Of a stretch of 32,000 nucleotides of DNA, positions 7,565-16,503 are shown in pieces. The notes under the pieces are model-generated. The model worked only from the letters and a program-made list of their open reading frames with translations. It had not been told where the DNA came from and did no database searches. Every line of letters begins with the position of its first letter. Position 1 is the stretch's first letter. A program made the position numbers and the translations under genes. Source of the stretch: Candidatus Electronema aureum (GTDB lineage: Bacteria; Desulfobacterota; Desulfobulbia; Desulfobulbales; Desulfobulbaceae); the NCBI GenBank assembly GCA_004284765.1, contig NQJD01000014.1:25283-57282 (forward strand), read 5' to 3'.

Positions 7565-9350
7565 TGCGGGCTAACAGCTGCTCGTGGCTTCCATGATCAA
7601 CAATTCGGCCTTGATCAAGAATCAGCACCTGATCTGCCTCGGCGAAAAGCCGTACCTGATGGGAAATCAACACCAGCGTTTTTCCTTGCTGCTGGGCGCG
7701 GAGCGCGGCAAAAACCTGCTGCCCGGTTTCCGCGTCTAAGGCAGAGAGGGCATCATCAATAATCAAGATGGGCCGGTCAGCGAGCAAGGCGCGAGCCAAA
7801 GCAATTCGTTGCTTTTGGCCGCCAGAAAGCCGCAGCCCTTTTTCGCCAATCCTCGTCTGGTAGCCCTCAGACATAGCGATAATTTCGGCATGAATCCTAG
7901 CCATCATTGCCGCCTGTTCAATCTTTTCCTGCGAAGCCTCTGGGCTAGCCAAACTGATGTTTTCTTCTACGGTGCCGGAGAAGAGCGCGGTATTTCTGCC
8001 TACATAACCGAGATGCCGCCGGATCAAGGCCGGGTCAAGCTGGTTCACATCATGCCCAGCAAACAGGAAGGTGCCGTCTGCAACCGGATATTGCCGAAGC
8101 AGCAGATGACAGAGTGTGGATTTGCCAGAACCAGTTCTGCCGGTGATACCAAGGAGGCCTGGCCCAATTTCTAAATCAATCTGGCTCAACGCGGGCGTGA
8201 CCGTGCCGGGGTAGGAAAAGTGCAGTTTTCGCAAAGAAAGATGCGGCAGGCTCTGAAGAATAACCGCGCTACCCTGCGCCTCCTTGTGTAAACTGCGGGT
8301 GAGAGTGGATTCAGCGGTGAGCAGGTGACCTATCCGACCCAATGAGGTCAGGCTGCGGCGGATGAGACCAGTGGCCCAGCCCACCGTGGCTAAGGGCATG
8401 GCCAGCATGGCGAAATAGGTAATAAACGCAACAAATTCTCCGAGACTAATAACTTTGCTAATCACCATGTTACCGCCGGAATACAGCACAAGCAAAGTGC
8501 CGATGCTGCCGGTGAGCATGGACACTGGCAGCAGTAGGCCCTGCATCACCGCTGTTTTCATGTTGAAGGCCACATACTCTTTGCCCAACTGCTCAAAATC
8601 TCGAATCTGCTGTTCCTCTCGGGTGCAGCTTTTAATCAGGCGGATGGAAATCAGCGTGTTACGGGCAAATTCAGTCAAGAGACCAAATTGCTCCTGCACC
8701 CGACTAAAACGCCGGTGCAATTCACGCGAGAGTAGCCAAGCACAGATTGCCAGCAGTGGCAGCGGCAGAGCGGCGGTTAGAGTCAGCGGCGGGCTGATAT
8801 GAAGCATGAACAGCATTGCAACCGAAGACATTACGGCTACATCAGCAGCAGCAGCTAATCCCATGCCAAAACCCATCTGAACCGCAGTCAGATCATTGGT
8901 GGCGTGAGCCATGATTTCGCCGGGTGGACGACGGTCGAGAAAGGTCTGATCCATGCGCAGCACGTGAGCAAAGAGCTGATCGCGCAGGTCGGTTTCTAAA
9001 TATCTGGAAAAACCGATGAGCAGGGTGCGCCAGAAATAGCGAAGCAGACCGGTGAGTACGGCAGTCAGCAAGATACAGAGGCTGAGGAAAAGCAGTCGCC
9101 TATCGGTAGCACTGCTCTGCGCCAGCTCATCAACTCCGATTTTTAGGTAGCGGGGGATGGTTAGATAAAGCAGGTCGCTGGCCAGCATGGCCGCAAAACC
9201 GCCTAACAGCCGAAGGCGAAAACGGCGGAAAACCGGTAAGATCAGTCGGAGTACAACACGTACTGAAAGAGGATGAAAAGCCTGCTGGAGCGCAGGCTCC
9301 GGTTTACGGAAATCCATAGGATAAACGGGGAAAAACGAAAAGAGGGCCAT
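7491..9350 (-). CDS. ABC exporter half-transporter (TMD-NBD fusion), subunit A of a heterodimer.
   Basis: The Walker A is GRTGSGKST and the signature LSGGQKQR is canonical. The Walker B reads ILIIDDALSALD, with Asp where the catalytic Glu is expected. Confidence 0.9.
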   Translation of the reverse strand: MALFSFFPVYPMDFRKPEPALQQAFHPLSVRVVLRLILPVFRRFRLRLLGGFAAMLASDLLYLTIPRYLKIGVDELAQSSATDRRLLFLSLCILLTAVLTGLLRYFWRTLLIGFSRYLETDLRDQLFAHVLRMDQTFLDRRPPGEIMAHATNDLTAVQMGFGMGLAAAADVAVMSSVAMLFMLHISPPLTLTAALPLPLLAICAWLLSRELHRRFSRVQEQFGLLTEFARNTLISIRLIKSCTREEQQIRDFEQLGKEYVAFNMKTAVMQGLLLPVSMLTGSIGTLLVLYSGGNMVISKVISLGEFVAFITYFAMLAMPLATVGWATGLIRRSLTSLGRIGHLLTAESTLTRSLHKEAQGSAVILQSLPHLSLRKLHFSYPGTVTPALSQIDLEIGPGLLGITGRTGSGKSTLCHLLLRQYPVADGTFLFAGHDVNQLDPALIRRHLGYVGRNTALFSGTVEENISLASPEASQEKIEQAAMMARIHAEIIAMSEGYQTRIGEKGLRLSGGQKQRIALARALLADRPILIIDDALSALDAETGQQVFAALRAQQQGKTLVLISHQVRLFAEADQVLILDQGRIVDHGSHEQLLARNVFYQETARRQQGKEAAGAQFRLL

Positions 9351-9396
9351 GCAAGCCCGATCAGGCGATTTTTCTACTCATCTACGGTCGAATTGC

Positions 9397-9765
9397 TCAT
9401 TCGTTGAGCAATTCGCGTACCGCATTCAGCAGCTCGTCCATAGAAAAGGGCTTGGCAAAGGCTAAATGTGCGCCCAACTCCAAGGCTGCTGGTAGATAGG
9501 TCTCCGGCCCAATCCTTCCCCCACCAGAAATGGCGATGATCTTCATCCCCGGAAAGTGTTTCTTGATGTAGCTAATGGTCTCCATTCCTTCCTTTTCCGG
9601 CATAATCAAATCAGTGATTACCAAATCAAAAGGCTGCTTTTCCAAGAGCCGCTGCCCTTCGCGGCCATTCGGAGCCGTGACAGCGGCGAAACCCGCCAGC
9701 TCCATCGAGCGCGAAAGCAGCGATAGAATCTGCTCGTCGTCATCCATGATCAATATTTTGCGCAT
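9397..9765 (-). CDS. Single-domain CheY-like response regulator receiver.
   Basis: The 122-aa protein has an acidic pocket (IMDDDE), a phospho-acceptor context (DLVITDLIMP), then IAISGGG and FAKPF. A GGAGGAGA ribosome-binding site precedes the ATG. Confidence 0.9.
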   Translation of the reverse strand: MRKILIMDDDEQILSLLSRSMELAGFAAVTAPNGREGQRLLEKQPFDLVITDLIMPEKEGMETISYIKKHFPGMKIIAISGGGRIGPETYLPAALELGAHLAFAKPFSMDELLNAVRELLNE

Positions 9766-9842
9766 TTCTGTCTCCTCCTCTGTTAAACGCAGCCAGTCAG
9801 CTCCTCGTCAGCGATGCTTCTGTAAGCATTATACAGCGATTT

Positions 9843-12191
9843 TTATGAAATCCGGTTGCGAAAAACACGCTCGCGAAAGAAACGCACTAATTTTTCCTGC
9901 CGCCGCACAGTCTCAGCCTGCTTGGCAACCAACTCAGAAGGGCCGTTTTTGCGCACTGACATCATGTAATCAATGTTTGGAGCAAAGCGGTTGTCCAAAT
10001 ACCAAGCGAAGAAAAGGCCAAAAAGCAATCCAGGCGGCATGAAGCCTTCTTCGCCGTTGACAGTGCGGGCATAAAGCCGCCGTTGCTTGGGCGAACGCGC
10101 CATCTGCGCCAGCTGGAGATATTCGTCCAATTCGTCCAAGGAGAGGAAGCTGTTCAGCTCCTGCTGCTCGCGGACCATCAGCCAGTAGATGCGGCCTGCT
10201 TGTAGCTCGCGGAAAAAAACTGGCTCAAGGTGCTTTTCTTGGCAATAATTGCCGAGCAGCGACTGGCCTAAACCGACTAACAGCGGCATCTCTAAGCGAG
10301 AGATGTCCTCAGCCTGATCCTGCCGAATTTTAATACAACCATCCTCAGGATCGTAGAAAGAAAAGACGTTATCCCATTGCTGGCTACGGCTCCAGCGGGC
10401 GGTGCTGACCAAGCTAATTCCGCGCACCGAACTAAGGTGAGCAGGGTGAATGTCCGCGTGTCGCCAGAGGATTTCAGCGGCAGCAGCAGCTAACTGTTCA
10501 CGGTCAGCTACTTCCAGATCCTTGGGCTGTTCAGAAAGTAAGCTAATCTGCCGGAACGCGAGCGTTCCTACAATCCGACTGATCTCCTCAGAGCGAATAC
10601 AGGGCAGCAGCCGGTCTGTGCAAATATTCACCAGATGTTCAGCGATTACCGCGCTCCGACGCACTGTGGGCGGTAGCGGGGTAGTCAAGAAACCGCTGGT
10701 ACGCAAAGCCCACAAGCCACGCACTGCCGAGGCTAAGGCTGCTGGATCGTGCTGAACAATATGCTCCCGTCGGAGCATGTCCTGCGAAAAAATACGGCCT
10801 TGTACCGGTTCAAAGCCCAGCTCGCGCACTCGTTCGCTATCAACGTAGATCGGCTCCTTTTTCTCCAAGGCGTAATTCTGCAAAACAGAGCCGGGAATAT
10901 CTGCCAGATCAAGGGTAAGAACATGCGAGAACAGATTCTGAATGCCACCGGGGATGTTGTGATCATAAGCCCGGATCAGATCAGAGACATAAAATCGCTT
11001 CTCCGGCGCGTCTAAAGTGGCATCGGTCTCACCCTGCTGCACCCAAATGTTAGCAACCAGCAATTTAAGAGCGTTATTGTTCGCTCGGATCAACTCAGCG
11101 AGGCCCGGCACTTGCAGAATGGGAATGATCGAAGTGTAGAGGCTACCCGGCGCGAGAATAATAATGTCCGCTCGACGCAGCTGCTCGGCAGCTTCATCAG
11201 GTAGCTGTGGTTCTTCTGAAAAGCGCACTGTCACTTGCTCGACCGGACAGCCTCGTTCAGCGGCCCCGGCCTTAGCTTCACCCGTAACCAAGACCCCGTT
11301 TGCATACAGCACTTGGAGCTGTGCAGGCGTGGCAGTGCAGGGCAAAACAGCCTGACGGCCCGCGCCAATGGCCAAGGCTAAATCAGAAATGCCCTCTAAG
11401 GTAGCAGATTGGAGCCGCTTTTGGTTGGCGATCAGCTCGGTGGTGCGGAAAAAGGAAGGCAGCTTGCCGTAAATCGCTGCTGCAATCAGCAAATTGCCGC
11501 AGCACTGGGGCCGCTGAAGGGCAGTCTTCATCCGCTGATCCGTAAACAATCGCCGTACCAAATCAGAGAGATACCCTGCTAACGGTACGGGGAGAGCTTC
11601 CGGCGATGCCCCGCTTTCCTGCCAAAGCTGCTCGGCAGATTCCGGTGATCTGTTGAAGCGGCAATTGAACAGACGGTGCAGGATGACAGCGGTCTCAGCT
11701 GCCTTTTCATCATCGAGACGATACTGATTTTTTAGGCTGGAGCTGCGTACCGAGGAAAGCAAAACATGTCGGAGATCACCGAGACCGATCAGCGGGAAGT
11801 CCTTGAGCATTTCACCGGTGGAGCCGCCATCATCCGTGACACAAACAATGCTGCACAGATGAGGAAAGATTTCCTTGAGGCCAGAAAAAGGGGTCTCGCG
11901 CCATTCTGGTCGCCGCGAGTCACCGCCCACGATCTTAGACAAACCAGTGCCACCGCCCAGCGCAACCACTCGCAGGCCGCTCACATCAAAGCCACGCAGC
12001 CCATCAGCTAATTGCTGCCACTCTCGACCACAGCCCAGCATACCCGGCATCAAGGGCGGTTCTTCGCCTAATGCAAGTGAGAATACCCGTTCTGTCAGGC
12101 TGCCCGTGCCGAGGAAATCCAAGGGGGCAAACCGCTTCTTGGTGAGTCCCTGCAAGACCTCTTGCAGGAAGCTAATCTTGTTCTCCGCCAT
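9843..12191 (-). CDS. Unusually long (782 aa) YvcK/CofD-family (UPF0052, 2-phospho-L-lactate-transferase-like) protein with extra N-terminal and C-terminal regions.
   Basis: The family motifs appear in the expected order: VVALGGGTGLS, VCVTDDGGSTGEML, LGDLRHVLLS, CGNLLIAAAIYG, ILAPGSLYTSIIPIL, VANIWVQQGETD and VSDLIRAYDH. About 280 C-terminal residues (roughly 9843-10694) match nothing I recognise. Confidence 0.8.
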   Translation of the reverse strand: MAENKISFLQEVLQGLTKKRFAPLDFLGTGSLTERVFSLALGEEPPLMPGMLGCGREWQQLADGLRGFDVSGLRVVALGGGTGLSKIVGGDSRRPEWRETPFSGLKEIFPHLCSIVCVTDDGGSTGEMLKDFPLIGLGDLRHVLLSSVRSSSLKNQYRLDDEKAAETAVILHRLFNCRFNRSPESAEQLWQESGASPEALPVPLAGYLSDLVRRLFTDQRMKTALQRPQCCGNLLIAAAIYGKLPSFFRTTELIANQKRLQSATLEGISDLALAIGAGRQAVLPCTATPAQLQVLYANGVLVTGEAKAGAAERGCPVEQVTVRFSEEPQLPDEAAEQLRRADIIILAPGSLYTSIIPILQVPGLAELIRANNNALKLLVANIWVQQGETDATLDAPEKRFYVSDLIRAYDHNIPGGIQNLFSHVLTLDLADIPGSVLQNYALEKKEPIYVDSERVRELGFEPVQGRIFSQDMLRREHIVQHDPAALASAVRGLWALRTSGFLTTPLPPTVRRSAVIAEHLVNICTDRLLPCIRSEEISRIVGTLAFRQISLLSEQPKDLEVADREQLAAAAAEILWRHADIHPAHLSSVRGISLVSTARWSRSQQWDNVFSFYDPEDGCIKIRQDQAEDISRLEMPLLVGLGQSLLGNYCQEKHLEPVFFRELQAGRIYWLMVREQQELNSFLSLDELDEYLQLAQMARSPKQRRLYARTVNGEEGFMPPGLLFGLFFAWYLDNRFAPNIDYMMSVRKNGPSELVAKQAETVRRQEKLVRFFRERVFRNRIS

Positions 12192-12229
12192 TATTCATCC
12201 CGTGGTTCAGTGATTTTTCCTGTCTGCGC

Positions 12230-12329
12230 TATGGTTGAGCCATGCCTGATGTATGCCTGAACCATACCTTGGGTATGCTTGAACTATAGCTGAACTATGC
12301 TTGGAGCATACCTGATGTATGCTCCAAGC
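12230..12329. promoter_or_regulatory. Array of short repeats in the upstream region of the YvcK-like gene; a candidate transcription-factor binding array.
   Basis: TGAAC(C/T)ATA starts at 12258, 12280 and 12291, giving spacings of 22 and 11 bp. An inverted near-copy, TATGGTTGA, lies at 12230-12238. The 12-mer CCTGATGTATGC occurs at both 12245-12256 and 12311-12322. A perfect 12-bp inverted repeat, GCTTGGAGCATA (12299-12310) and TATGCTCCAAGC (12318-12329), is also present. Confidence 0.45.
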
Positions 12330-12374
12330 TATGCAGCGAGGCGTTCAATGTGTTCGGCGGGCGGTTTATGTAAA

Positions 12375-12394
12375 GGGCGAAAGATTTTTCGCCC
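12375..12394 (-). terminator. Terminator-like hairpin immediately after the mdh stop.
   Basis: A perfect 8-bp stem, GGGCGAAA/TTTCGCCC, closes a 4-nt loop 6 nt downstream of the mdh stop. The trailing T-tract on the minus strand (TTTACAT) is weak. Confidence 0.5.
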
Positions 12395-12400
12395 CTACGA

Positions 12401-13327
12401 TCACAGCCCCGTCTCTTCCATCTGCTTACGTACTGCCTCAACTGACTCGCTCAGAGCTTGCCGCTCGTCATCGGTGAGCTGAAATTCAAGAATGCGCTCC
12501 ACGCCTTGTTCGCCCAGCACCACCGGTACACCGAGGAAGCAGCCAGCAATGCCGAATTCACCGTTCAAATAAGCGGCGCAAGGCATTACGCGCCTGCTGT
12601 CAGTTAGCACAGCCTCGGCCATTTCGATAGCAGCAAGGCCTGGGGTGTAGAAGGCACTGCCTGTTTTCAGATGGTTGACGATCTCGCCGCCACCATGCTG
12701 GGTGCGATGCACGATCTCCGCAATTTTTTCCGCAGGCAAGAGGTCACTGATCGGTACACCGGCCACATTTGCCAGCCGCACAAGAGGCAACATTTTGTCA
12801 CCGTGGATGCCCATCACTAAGGCACTGACATCTGCCGGTGCCACGCCCAAGGCTTGCGCCAAGAAGGTGCGGTAGCGGGCCGAGTCGAGCACGCCTGCCA
12901 TGCCGATGATGCGATGCTTGGGCAGGCCAGATGCCTTGAACGCCGTGTACACCATCGCGTCGATGGGATTGGTGACCACGATCATGAAGCAGTTCGGCGA
13001 ATAACGTGCCGCCTGTTCAGCACAGCTCTTGACGATGGCCACATTTTTCGCAAGCAGATCGTCCCGGGACATACCCGGCTTGCGGGCCAGACCTGCGGTG
13101 ATGATCACCACGTCTGAGTCTGCCGAATCCGCGTAGTCGTTACTGCCAATGACCGTGCCTGCGTAGCCGTCGAGCGGCCCGGCCTGCCATAAATCTAAGG
13201 CCTTGCCCTGCGGAATGCCTTCCATGACATCAAGAAGGACGATATTGCCTAATCTGCGGCTCAAGGCCCAGTGCGCGGCGGTCGCGCCGACATTGCCCGC
13301 GCCAATGATGGTGATCTTGTTCTTCAT
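12401..13327 (-). CDS. mdh: Malate dehydrogenase, LDH-like family.
   Basis: MKNKITIIGAGNVGATAA is a Rossmann-fold N-terminus. ITAGLARKPGMSRDDL carries Arg at the substrate-specificity position typical of MDH. VTNPID and the catalytic IHGD are present. Confidence 0.9.
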   Translation of the reverse strand: MKNKITIIGAGNVGATAAHWALSRRLGNIVLLDVMEGIPQGKALDLWQAGPLDGYAGTVIGSNDYADSADSDVVIITAGLARKPGMSRDDLLAKNVAIVKSCAEQAARYSPNCFMIVVTNPIDAMVYTAFKASGLPKHRIIGMAGVLDSARYRTFLAQALGVAPADVSALVMGIHGDKMLPLVRLANVAGVPISDLLPAEKIAEIVHRTQHGGGEIVNHLKTGSAFYTPGLAAIEMAEAVLTDSRRVMPCAAYLNGEFGIAGCFLGVPVVLGEQGVERILEFQLTDDERQALSESVEAVRKQMEETGL

Positions 13328-13361
13328 TGCTCTGCTGTTTTTTTAAAGTTGAATTGCGGTA

Positions 13362-14135
13362 TTATCTGTCCGACTGGCCGTTTGAGCGAATCATTGCTTC
13401 GACTCGCAGCGCGTCCTGCGGGGTATCGACCTCGATGGAGTCATGCTCAGTCAGCACGACCCGGATGCGGTAGCCGTATTCTAAGGCCCGGAGCTGTTCC
13501 AGCTTCTCGAAGCGTTCCCACTCGCCTTCTGGCAGGCTGACAAAAGTGCGGAGAAAGCCCTTGCGGTAGGCATAAAAGCCGAGGTGTTTATAATAAGTCG
13601 GGCTGACTGGCTCCTCTGGGTTGCGCTGGAAGGGAATCGGCGAACGGGAGAAATAGAGCGCGTTGCCGTTGCGGTCAAACACCGTCTTCACATGATTGGG
13701 ATCGGTGATTTCCTCTGGCCGGATGATCTTGTAGATCAGGGTGGACATGGGCAGGGATGGATCATCCAACAATGGCCGCGCCACTTGCTCCACCACCGCT
13801 GGCGGAAACAAAGGTTGATCGCCCTGAATGTTGACCACCACATCATTTTCTGCCAGACCAAGGAGGTCTGTCGCCTCAGCGAGACGGTCGGTGCCAGAGA
13901 CATGATCGCTTCGAGTCAGCACTGCCTCGCCGCCAAAGGCCGCTACTGCCGCCGCAATGCGCTCGTCATCAGTAGCCACGACCACACGAGAGAGCAGCGA
14001 CACTTGGAGAGCACGTTCAACCACATGTTGGATCATCGGTTTGCCTGCGATCAAGGCCAGCGGCTTGCCGAGGAAACGATTGGAACGCCAGCGGGCCGGA
14101 ATAATTGCGACCACGCTTGGCTGCATTGTGTTCAT
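13362..14135 (-). CDS. kdsB: 3-deoxy-manno-octulosonate cytidylyltransferase (CMP-KDO synthetase).
   Basis: The motifs are VVAIIPARWRSNRFLGKPL, VATDDERI, VVNIQGDQPL and the later LEQLRALEYG. I prefer the ATG at 14135, which is preceded by GGAAAGGA, over the TTG at 14177 listed in the ORF track. Confidence 0.9.
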   Translation of the reverse strand: MNTMQPSVVAIIPARWRSNRFLGKPLALIAGKPMIQHVVERALQVSLLSRVVVATDDERIAAAVAAFGGEAVLTRSDHVSGTDRLAEATDLLGLAENDVVVNIQGDQPLFPPAVVEQVARPLLDDPSLPMSTLIYKIIRPEEITDPNHVKTVFDRNGNALYFSRSPIPFQRNPEEPVSPTYYKHLGFYAYRKGFLRTFVSLPEGEWERFEKLEQLRALEYGYRIRVVLTEHDSIEVDTPQDALRVEAMIRSNGQSDR

Positions 14136-14207
14136 TGGCGCATCCTTTCCTTTTTCTATTCCTTGCAATTTAGGCAAAATGCCGTGAACACCTCTCTCAA
14201 GTCAACG

Positions 14208-14975
14208 TCATTCCTTTTCAAGCACAATCGTTGCAAACATGGCGAGATGTTTCATGCCTGGCGACAGCAGCCGTTCTATCCTGCGGCACAACGGATAGCT
14301 GCGCTCAGGAACCAAAGTTCTCATGGACACGCCTCCTGAGAGCAGATAAACAAAAGGCCAGTCAGTCTCAATCTCTTTTATTTTAAGAGACCTGTATTTA
14401 TCAAGAAACAAGTTTTGATCCCGTTTAAAGACTATCCAAGGTAAAGCTAAATTAGCACCTGATAATGGACCGGTGTCTGGGAAATCCCATCTCTCGCTTT
14501 CAGGCAGACAAGGTTCATGATGAAGGTGTTTATAAATGCCAGCTGACCAAGCGGTGATCCACGGTTCAATCATGATGATTCTACCTTTTTCAGCAAGACA
14601 TCGTATGCTTTCTTTGAGAAATTTGTCAACATCAGGAAGATGATGAAAAACATCTACCATAACGATGGCATCAAGTGAGGATGCTGAGAATGGTAGATAC
14701 CTGCCATCGAGAATGATGTCAACATTTTTATTCTGCTGGATATCAGAAGTTATAATATCTGGAACAAAGTCTTTCAGATAACCGCCTCCTGATCCAAGTT
14801 CAAGAATTTTTTTTCCTATCTGATCAGGTAGGTTTAAGAGTATGCTTTGATACCACTCATGATAAATTTTCTGCAAGAAAGGTTTGCTTCGGATTATTTG
14901 GCTATGAACTGACGGCGCATCTTGAGAATCAAGATTAAGATTCGTCGCTAACGGATGCTTGAGGAAATTTTTCAT
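14208..14975 (-). CDS. Class I SAM-dependent methyltransferase.
   Basis: Motif I is ILELGSGGGYL and a post-I acidic residue follows. The DVFHHL region is typical of the Methyltransf_11/23-type fold. The gene has low GC. Confidence 0.75.
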   Translation of the reverse strand: MKNFLKHPLATNLNLDSQDAPSVHSQIIRSKPFLQKIYHEWYQSILLNLPDQIGKKILELGSGGGYLKDFVPDIITSDIQQNKNVDIILDGRYLPFSASSLDAIVMVDVFHHLPDVDKFLKESIRCLAEKGRIIMIEPWITAWSAGIYKHLHHEPCLPESERWDFPDTGPLSGANLALPWIVFKRDQNLFLDKYRSLKIKEIETDWPFVYLLSGGVSMRTLVPERSYPLCRRIERLLSPGMKHLAMFATIVLEKE

Positions 14976-14978
14976 CGT

Positions 14979-16394
14979 TCAAATGAATTTAATTTTCCTT
15001 GACGCAAAGATGACCATTTTGAGCAACGTCAACCCGTTTCTCCATCTGCTGATATTCGTTGTTCCGTACCTGCGTGCTTGATATCGGATTGGCAGGTCAA
15101 TGATTTTCAAATTCATCTTTGCTGCTCCAAAGATAAAATCAAAATCGCCAAATGGATCGAATTCACCAAAATAATGCCTATTTTTTGCAAGCATTTCATA
15201 GTCACTCTTCCACATTACTTTTGTCCCGCACAAGGTATCTTTAATCTGCTGATTGAGCAGCCATGAAAAGGCAATGCTGAAAAATTTATTTCCAATAATG
15301 TTGAAAAAACGCATGGCTTCGTCTTCCATAGGATAAACGAGGCGCACACCATTGATGAATTCTCCTTGGCCATCTACAAGAGCCTGAACGAAACGTGGCA
15401 GTTCTTCAGGCTTTACAGTCATATCTGCATCAAGAATCAGCACTGCATCTCCTATTGCCATCTGAAAACCAAGTCGAACAGCATCTCCCTTGCCTTTACC
15501 ATGCTGTCGGTAAAGTGAGATATTACTTCTTCCTCTGTTCACAATAGCTTGCTCTATTGTTTCATACGTATTATCAGAAGAGCCGCCCTCGACAAATATA
15601 ATTTCTGTTTTCTTGCCGATTTCTGGTATCCTATTGAGCAGTTCTTCGATATTACCCGCCTCGTTACGAACGGCGACAATGACTGATGTCGTCAAATTGC
15701 TTATGTTTTTCTTTTCTAACACCGGGCGAGAAATCGAAAAATTAGTTAGGGCAAGCAGGTTAAAAGGGAAGAGATGAATGATGAATCGATTTAAAAATTT
15801 GGACAATACAGACACAGGTACTGAAAGAGCGATAAACGCTTTTCTGGATATTTCCTCAAACCCAGAAAGAGCAAGAAAATTCTTTATATCTTGGGGCGTG
15901 AGCCAGTTTTGTTCGAGAAGAGGTCTTGCCAGTTTTAAGCGACGAGCAACTGCCAAAGGAACTCTCCAAAGATTATTGAAATAATTTATTATGATCCTTG
16001 TCTGTTCATGGCAGTTTTTTTTGATATTCATGAGAATTTTTTGCACGTCTTCGCAATCGTTCAAAATATCAGACAAAATAATAATGTCAAATTGTTCATG
16101 AATGTCCGAAAGATGGGCATTTGCACAAATAAATTCCAGCTCAGGGTACCGAGAGGACGCTCTGCTAACCATATTTGCACTAAAATCAATACCAAGGCCG
16201 CGTTTTGGCTGTAACTTATGCAGTAGATCGCCTTCTCCAGAACCTATCTCAAGGATTCTCAAGCCAAGCGGAACAAAAAACTTATAATAATGACAGAGCA
16301 ATTCGTGGTAGAATTTGCTGCAAATGCCCTTCTGACAGTTAGTAGCAATTCTGTTCCAGTGAGCTATCCTTTCTGAGGTGTATCTACTTGTCAT
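14979..16394 (-). CDS. Bifunctional SAM-methyltransferase / family-2 glycosyltransferase fusion protein.
   Basis: The N-terminal half has RILEIGSGEGDLL (methyltransferase motif I). The C-terminal half has VIVAVRNEAGNIEELL, FVEGGSSDNT and LILDADM (GT2 DXD). The stop codon lies 3 nt before the start of the next gene. The gene has low GC. Confidence 0.8.
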   Translation of the reverse strand: MTSRYTSERIAHWNRIATNCQKGICSKFYHELLCHYYKFFVPLGLRILEIGSGEGDLLHKLQPKRGLGIDFSANMVSRASSRYPELEFICANAHLSDIHEQFDIIILSDILNDCEDVQKILMNIKKNCHEQTRIIINYFNNLWRVPLAVARRLKLARPLLEQNWLTPQDIKNFLALSGFEEISRKAFIALSVPVSVLSKFLNRFIIHLFPFNLLALTNFSISRPVLEKKNISNLTTSVIVAVRNEAGNIEELLNRIPEIGKKTEIIFVEGGSSDNTYETIEQAIVNRGRSNISLYRQHGKGKGDAVRLGFQMAIGDAVLILDADMTVKPEELPRFVQALVDGQGEFINGVRLVYPMEDEAMRFFNIIGNKFFSIAFSWLLNQQIKDTLCGTKVMWKSDYEMLAKNRHYFGEFDPFGDFDFIFGAAKMNLKIIDLPIRYQARRYGTTNISRWRNGLTLLKMVIFASRKIKFI

Positions 16395-16469
16395 AAATTT
16401 GTTTTAATCGTAAATTACCGCCGCTGCTTCGCAGAGAGAAAAAATTCATTCCTACTTCTTTTTACCTAT

Positions 16470-16503
16470 CCAACCGTCATCTATTTGCCGAAAAAACGGT
16501 TGG
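16470..16503. repeat. Inverted repeat in the divergent intergenic region.
   Basis: CCAACCGT (16470-16477) and ACGGTTGG (16496-16503) form 8-bp arms separated by 18 nt. Confidence 0.35.

Noticed and set aside
13584-14339. A 251-aa plus-strand ORF overlapping kdsB.
   Set aside because: It is antisense to a confidently identified kdsB, is His/Arg/Cys-rich and has no recognisable motifs.
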